Source of the DNA: Candidatus Omnitrophota bacterium
Lineage (GTDB): Bacteria > Omnitrophota > Gorgyraeia > JAZDFF01
Direction: 5' to 3'
Assembly: GCA_043808095.1 (NCBI GenBank)
Contig: JAZDFF010000001.1
Span: 1,628 to 65,627 of the forward strand
Length of the DNA stretch: 64,000 bases
A program made the translations under genes and the position numbers. Every line of letters starts with the position of its first letter. Position 1 is the stretch's first letter. Below the pieces are notes generated by a model, which saw nothing but the letters and a program-made list of their open reading frames with translations, was not told the DNA's origin and ran no database searches. Of the stretch, positions 59,182 through 64,000 are shown piece after piece.

Positions 59182-61272
59182 ATGGCAATCGAACGTGTTG
59201 AATTAAAATTCGGACAAGAGACCCTAATTTTGGAGACGGGAAAACTCGCCCGTCAGGCAAATGGTGCGGTTTGCGTTACTTTTGGCGGGACCGTGGTTTT
59301 GGTCTCAGCCTGTGTCTCAAAGACAGTAAGGCTGGAGACTAATTTCCTGCCTTTGACCGTCGAATATCAGGAAAAGACCTATGCCGCAGGAAAGATTCCC
59401 GGCGGATTCTTTAAGAGAGAGGGTCGTCCTTCGGAAAATGAGATTTTAACTGCAAGACTTATTGACCGTCCCATAAGACCTCTTTTTCCTAAAGGCTTTG
59501 TCAATGAGGTTCAGATAATGGGTCTAGTTTTGTCCAGTGACGGGGAAAACGATCCCGACATCCTAGCGGTAATCGGCGCCTCCGCAGCCTTATCCATATC
59601 AGATATCCCCTTTGAGGGGCCTTTGGGAATCTGCCGCGTCGGCCACCTAAACGGCGAATTTATCCTAAATCCTACATATAAACAGGTAGAGGAAGGCAAA
59701 TTTGATGTTGTGGTAGCAGGTACCAAAGACGGGGTGATAATGCTTGAGGCAAGGGCTAATGAGGCCAAAGAGGACCTGGTCTTTGAGGCGATAAACTTCG
59801 GCTATAATAATCTCAAGTCAGTGATTTCTTGTCAGGAAGAGCTCCTTTGCACTTCGGCTGAGACTAAGATGCAGGTTAAGCTTAAGACATTTGACCCTGA
59901 GCTTATTAGTATTATTGAATCGAAATATAATGATCGGCTTGATTCTATTTTTCAGATTAAAGATAATATCTCAAGGCAAGAGGCCAACAGCCTACTGGCT
60001 GAGGAATTATTTGATTCCTTAAATACTGAATCCGCCAAGTATGCCAAAAAGGATATCATAGAAACGATTGAAGAAATCGAAGGCCATAAATTACGATCGT
60101 TTATTTTATCGCATTCTAAAAGAGTAGACGGCCGCGCCCTGGATGAGATCCGGCCGATTAATTGCTCCATCGGAGTGCTGCCGCGTACACACGGCTCAGG
60201 TATTTTTACCCGGGGTTCTACTCAGAGCCTCTGTGTAACTACTTTAGGAAGCGCCTCCGATGAACAGATGATTGAGGCCTTGGAAGGTGAGACCTCCAAA
60301 TCTTTTATGCTCCATTACAGTTTTCCGCCTTTTAGCGTTGGCGAAATTAAGCCGGTAAGAGGCCCGGGAAGGCGCGAGATCGGCCACGGCGCACTCGCAG
60401 AGAAGTCTTTGCGCGCGGTGATGCCTTCTAAGGAAGAATTCCCTTATACGGTAAGAGTAGTTTCCGAAATTTTAGAATCAAACGGTTCCTCAAGCATGGC
60501 CACGGTCTGCGCAGGGACGCTGGCGCTTTTGGATGCAGGCGTGCCTATAAAGGCACCGGTTGCCGGAGTGGCCTTAGGCCTGATTAAGGAACAAAATAAA
60601 GAGATCATATTGACCGACATCGCCGGGCTTGAAGATCATTTCGGGGATATGGATTTTAAGGCTGCCGGCACAAAAGACGGCATTACTGCTGTGCAACTCG
60701 ACCTTAAGATAAGAGGCATTAGCCTCAACCTGATAAAAGAGGCCCTTATTAGGTCACGGCAAGGCAGACTTTTTATTCTCGATAAAATGGCGCAGGTGAT
60801 TAATAAACCCAGAGAGTCGCTATCGAAATATGCCCCGCGCATCCATATCCTGAAGATTAATCCCGAGCGCATCGGAGAGCTCATAGGGCCGGGCGGTAAG
60901 ACCATAAAAAAGATTATTAATACTACCGGAGTAAGCGTAGATATCGAGGACGACGGCAGCGTAATGGTTGCTTCAACCGATGCCAAGGCCTCGGAAGAAG
61001 CGATTTCGATGATTAAGGCCCTTACCGAAGATGCCGAGGTAGGAAAGATTTATAAAGGACGCATCAAGAAGATTACCAATTTCGGAGCGTTCTGTGAGAT
61101 TATGCCGGGAAAAGAAGGTCTTATTCATGTCTCGGAATTATCCGATAAGTTTGTGAAAAATGTCGAAGACGTGGTTAAGCTTGGCGATGAGGTGAAGGTA
61201 AAGCTAGTCAATATCGATGAGATGGGCAGGCTTAATTTAAGCATTAAACAAGCTCCGCCAGAGAGTCAATAA
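59182..61272 (+). CDS. pnp: Polyribonucleotide nucleotidyltransferase
   Basis: GGFFKREGRP, RREIGHG, SNGSSS and GDMDFK motifs; KH and S1 domains. Confidence 0.98.
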   Translation: MAIERVELKFGQETLILETGKLARQANGAVCVTFGGTVVLVSACVSKTVRLETNFLPLTVEYQEKTYAAGKIPGGFFKREGRPSENEILTARLIDRPIRPLFPKGFVNEVQIMGLVLSSDGENDPDILAVIGASAALSISDIPFEGPLGICRVGHLNGEFILNPTYKQVEEGKFDVVVAGTKDGVIMLEARANEAKEDLVFEAINFGYNNLKSVISCQEELLCTSAETKMQVKLKTFDPELISIIESKYNDRLDSIFQIKDNISRQEANSLLAEELFDSLNTESAKYAKKDIIETIEEIEGHKLRSFILSHSKRVDGRALDEIRPINCSIGVLPRTHGSGIFTRGSTQSLCVTTLGSASDEQMIEALEGETSKSFMLHYSFPPFSVGEIKPVRGPGRREIGHGALAEKSLRAVMPSKEEFPYTVRVVSEILESNGSSSMATVCAGTLALLDAGVPIKAPVAGVALGLIKEQNKEIILTDIAGLEDHFGDMDFKAAGTKDGITAVQLDLKIRGISLNLIKEALIRSRQGRLFILDKMAQVINKPRESLSKYAPRIHILKINPERIGELIGPGGKTIKKIINTTGVSVDIEDDGSVMVASTDAKASEEAISMIKALTEDAEVGKIYKGRIKKITNFGAFCEIMPGKEGLIHVSELSDKFVKNVEDVVKLGDEVKVKLVNIDEMGRLNLSIKQAPPESQ

Positions 61273-61342
61273 GTCTTGATATATGCTGGCGGCAAGAACC
61301 CAGCCAGTACAGGCCATTCTTATATTGCCTTGTCAAATAAAG

Positions 61343-61493
61343 ATCACTTTGATTCCAGTGATTAAAATGTAGATTCCAGAGATTATTTTCCATCGGAAAC
61401 ACTGGAATCTTTTTGCTATAGGCTGGATCCCGCTTTGGTTAAAGGTGAAAGCGGGAAAAATCGCTGTAATCAATTTAGCAATCACTGTAATCA
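61343..61493. repeat. GATTACAG/GATTCCAG periodic inverted repeat with nested degenerate TCCCGC hairpin
   Basis: gattccagtgatt...aatcgctgtaatca...aatcactgtaatca. Confidence 0.7.
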
Positions 61494-61507
61494 TTCTTTA
61501 AAAATAA

Positions 61508-63724
61508 ATGAAGAAAAAACGATTAGACGAGATAAAAGGCATAATCCTTTTTTCCCTAGGCGTTTTAGTTTTAGCAAGCCTTATTTCCTATACCCCCAAT
61601 GACCTTTCGTTTTATACCTCAAGTCCCAATGTTCCCGCTAAAAATCTTGTCAGGATTTTCGGCGCTTATTTATCCGGGCTATTGTTTTTCCTTATCGGAT
61701 GGTCGTCTTACTTTCTTGTTGTGCTTATTTTTCTCTGGGCTAAGGAACAGTTCAGCGGTAAATTAGAAAAATTTAGTATATTTAAAATATTCGGCCTGGT
61801 GGTTTTCTTTCTATCGCTGAGTTCATTACTAGCCCTTTTTGGAGGGTTAGATGCCGGTTTAATCTTTAAAAGGGCGGGGTTTGTCGGTTGGAGATTTTGT
61901 GATTATCTTTTGAGATTTTTCGGCCGAGTCGGCTCTTCGGTTGTCTTAATTACACTGATTTTACTTTCTCTAAGTCTTGCCATTGAGGAATTCCTTCCCT
62001 CGTCTTTATTTTTGAGATTAAGGCAAATATATGATAGGTTCTATAATCTGGCAATCTCCAAGCTCTTTAGATTTAGAAAGAAAAAAGCAGAAAAAGAAGA
62101 GCTAGAAGAGCCAAGGTTAGTTATTAAGCCTAGACCGATAATTCCCAAAGAAGAATTTAAGGAACCTCCTAAGATAATCGTATCTACCCCAAGTGTAAAA
62201 ATTAAGACAGAAAAACCCCTTTCGCCTGCCAAGCCCAGACCTCAAGAAGTAAAAATCGGAGATTACCAACTCCCCAGTTTAGATTTGTTGGAATCCCCAC
62301 CGCCCTTGGCTGCGCGCCAGATCAAGGACGATTTAACCACAAACGCACGGATCCTGAAAGAAACTTTATCAGATTTTGGCATATCGGTTAAGGTAAGTAA
62401 TATTGAGAGAGGTCCGGTAATTACCCGTTATGAAGTAGAGCCTGCACCCGGAGTAAAAATTCATAAGATTGTCAGTCTAAGCGATGATATTTCCCTGGCT
62501 ATGAAGGCGCAGTCAGTAAGGATTGTTGCGCCTATCCCAGGCAAAGGCCTGGTGGGAGTCGAGGTACCCAATACCCAGTCGAGCCTGGTCTATCTTAAAG
62601 AGGTGCTTTCTACGGATGAATTTGTAAAATCAAACTCTAAATTGGCTCTGGCCTTAGGAAAGGATATCACGGGAAAACCAGTAGTCACTGATCTCTGCGA
62701 TATGCCGCATCTTTTGATTGCCGGAACTACCGGTTCGGGAAAGACTGTTTGCGTAAACTCTTTGGTGATGTCCATACTCTATAAGGCCACGCCCTCGGAA
62801 GTAAAATTCATTATGGTTGATCCCAAGATGGTGGAACTTGCGCCTTTTAATGGCCTGCCGCATCTTATTTGTCCGGTAGTGACTGATGCCAAAAAAGTAT
62901 CTGCAGCCCTAAATTGGGTGGTCAATGAGATGGAAGAGCGCTACACCTTACTTGCTAAAGAGAGCGTGAGAAACATTGATGCCTATAATGAGAGGCATGA
63001 GAAGCTTCCTTATATTATGGTCATCGTAGATGAATTAGCAGATTTAATGGTCGTGGCAGCAAATCAGATTGAGAATGCGATTACAAGGCTTGCCCAGCTT
63101 TCCCGGGCTGTGGGAATTCACCTTGTCTTAGCGACACAGCGGCCGTCGGTAGATGTAATTACCGGGGTAATCAAGGCCAATTTTCCCGCACGTATTTCTT
63201 TTAAGGTGGCATCCAAAGTTGATTCGCGCACTGTCTTGGATATGAACGGAGCGGATAAACTTTTAGGAAAAGGCGATATGCTCTTTCTAAAGCCCGGCCA
63301 GTCAAAACCCATCCGGGCGCAAGGAAGCTTGCTGAAGGATAAAGAGATTGAGAATGTGGTTAATTTTATTAAGGCGCAGGGCGAACCCGTTTTTAACGAG
63401 GATATCCTCAAAGAACAGACCAAATCCCTTAGTTTCGGTGATTTCGAAAAGGATGAATTATTTGATGAGGCGGTAAGGCTGATTTTAGAAAGTAACCAGG
63501 CCTCGGTATCCATACTGCAGAGAAGGATGCGCCTGGGTTATACTCGCGCCGCGCGTCTTATTGATATGATGGAACAGGAAAGTATTGTCGGGCCTTATCA
63601 GGGCAGTAAGCCCCGCAAGATTCTAGTCGACAGAAAAGCTTGGCTTATAGAGCACGGCTTTAAGATTCTGGGCGAACAGGTTGACGAAGAAGTCGAGGAA
63701 GAAGAAGAGGCGGCAGAGGGATAA
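61508..63724 (+). CDS. ftsK: DNA translocase FtsK
   Basis: N-terminal TM domain, GTTGSGKT, DELADLM, ATQRPS, gamma domain LQRRMRLGYTRAAR. Confidence 0.97.
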   Translation: MKKKRLDEIKGIILFSLGVLVLASLISYTPNDLSFYTSSPNVPAKNLVRIFGAYLSGLLFFLIGWSSYFLVVLIFLWAKEQFSGKLEKFSIFKIFGLVVFFLSLSSLLALFGGLDAGLIFKRAGFVGWRFCDYLLRFFGRVGSSVVLITLILLSLSLAIEEFLPSSLFLRLRQIYDRFYNLAISKLFRFRKKKAEKEELEEPRLVIKPRPIIPKEEFKEPPKIIVSTPSVKIKTEKPLSPAKPRPQEVKIGDYQLPSLDLLESPPPLAARQIKDDLTTNARILKETLSDFGISVKVSNIERGPVITRYEVEPAPGVKIHKIVSLSDDISLAMKAQSVRIVAPIPGKGLVGVEVPNTQSSLVYLKEVLSTDEFVKSNSKLALALGKDITGKPVVTDLCDMPHLLIAGTTGSGKTVCVNSLVMSILYKATPSEVKFIMVDPKMVELAPFNGLPHLICPVVTDAKKVSAALNWVVNEMEERYTLLAKESVRNIDAYNERHEKLPYIMVIVDELADLMVVAANQIENAITRLAQLSRAVGIHLVLATQRPSVDVITGVIKANFPARISFKVASKVDSRTVLDMNGADKLLGKGDMLFLKPGQSKPIRAQGSLLKDKEIENVVNFIKAQGEPVFNEDILKEQTKSLSFGDFEKDELFDEAVRLILESNQASVSILQRRMRLGYTRAARLIDMMEQESIVGPYQGSKPRKILVDRKAWLIEHGFKILGEQVDEEVEEEEEAAEG

Positions 63725-63840
63725 TATAGTACGATGTAAATTTAAAAGAGATTCTATATGCACAGATTAGCACAGATATCGACGGAGAAATATGTACTCA
63801 TCTGTATAATCATAACTTTATTTAGTTGACAGGTGAATAT

Positions 63841-64000
63841 ATGGAGTCCATTGGAGAAAGATTAAAAAAAACAAGAGAATCAAAGAAACTTTCTTTAGCA
63901 GAGGTCTCTAAAAAGACCACGATAAATCTTGATATCCTGACTGCCTTAGAAGAAGACAGGTTTAATATTCTTAATAAAGTCTATATCAAGGGATTCTTAA
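63841..64000 (+). CDS. RodZ-like HTH protein (3' truncated)
   Basis: MESIGERLKKTRESKKLSL...LTALEE...VYIKGFL, located after ftsK. Confidence 0.85.
   Translation, partial: MESIGERLKKTRESKKLSLAEVSKKTTINLDILTALEEDRFNILNKVYIKGFL

Overview
This is a bacterial chromosomal window, about 40% GC, with every confident gene on the + strand except rpmB. It is probably from a diderm PVC-group organism such as Omnitrophota (inference from lptD, gene style and repeat content, not verified). The backbone is housekeeping: miaA-hflX, an hspR-like/hrcA-grpE-dnaK-dnaJ heat-shock cluster with a CIRCE site, accD, GGDEF proteins, lptD, a nucleotide-sugar cluster, trpBA, argS, recJ, rpmB, a UvrD-nuclease, a ~1,950-aa gingipain-like protease, and rpsO-pnp-ftsK-rodZ. 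Two things stand out. (1) A minor-pilin locus (29.1-37.7 kb) carries three tandem PilX/GspK-like genes with an identical 56-aa N-terminus, a conserved C-terminal tail and divergent Cys-rich cores. The trio is bracketed by 105-bp direct repeats ending in a fourth stub, next to a four-helix-bundle (IVP/Avd-like) gene that sits inside a periodic inverted repeat also present as three empty copies. (2) Almost every intergenic region is filled with nested small palindromic elements of several families. These include a hairpin element whose loop is the reverse complement of its own end-target-start junction and co-varies with the insertion site, 74-76-bp double hairpins inserted with no target duplication, a TIR/TSD MITE, and in-frame insertions in dnaK, lptD and the helicase. 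No transposase, reverse transcriptase, CRISPR array, rRNA or tRNA was seen.
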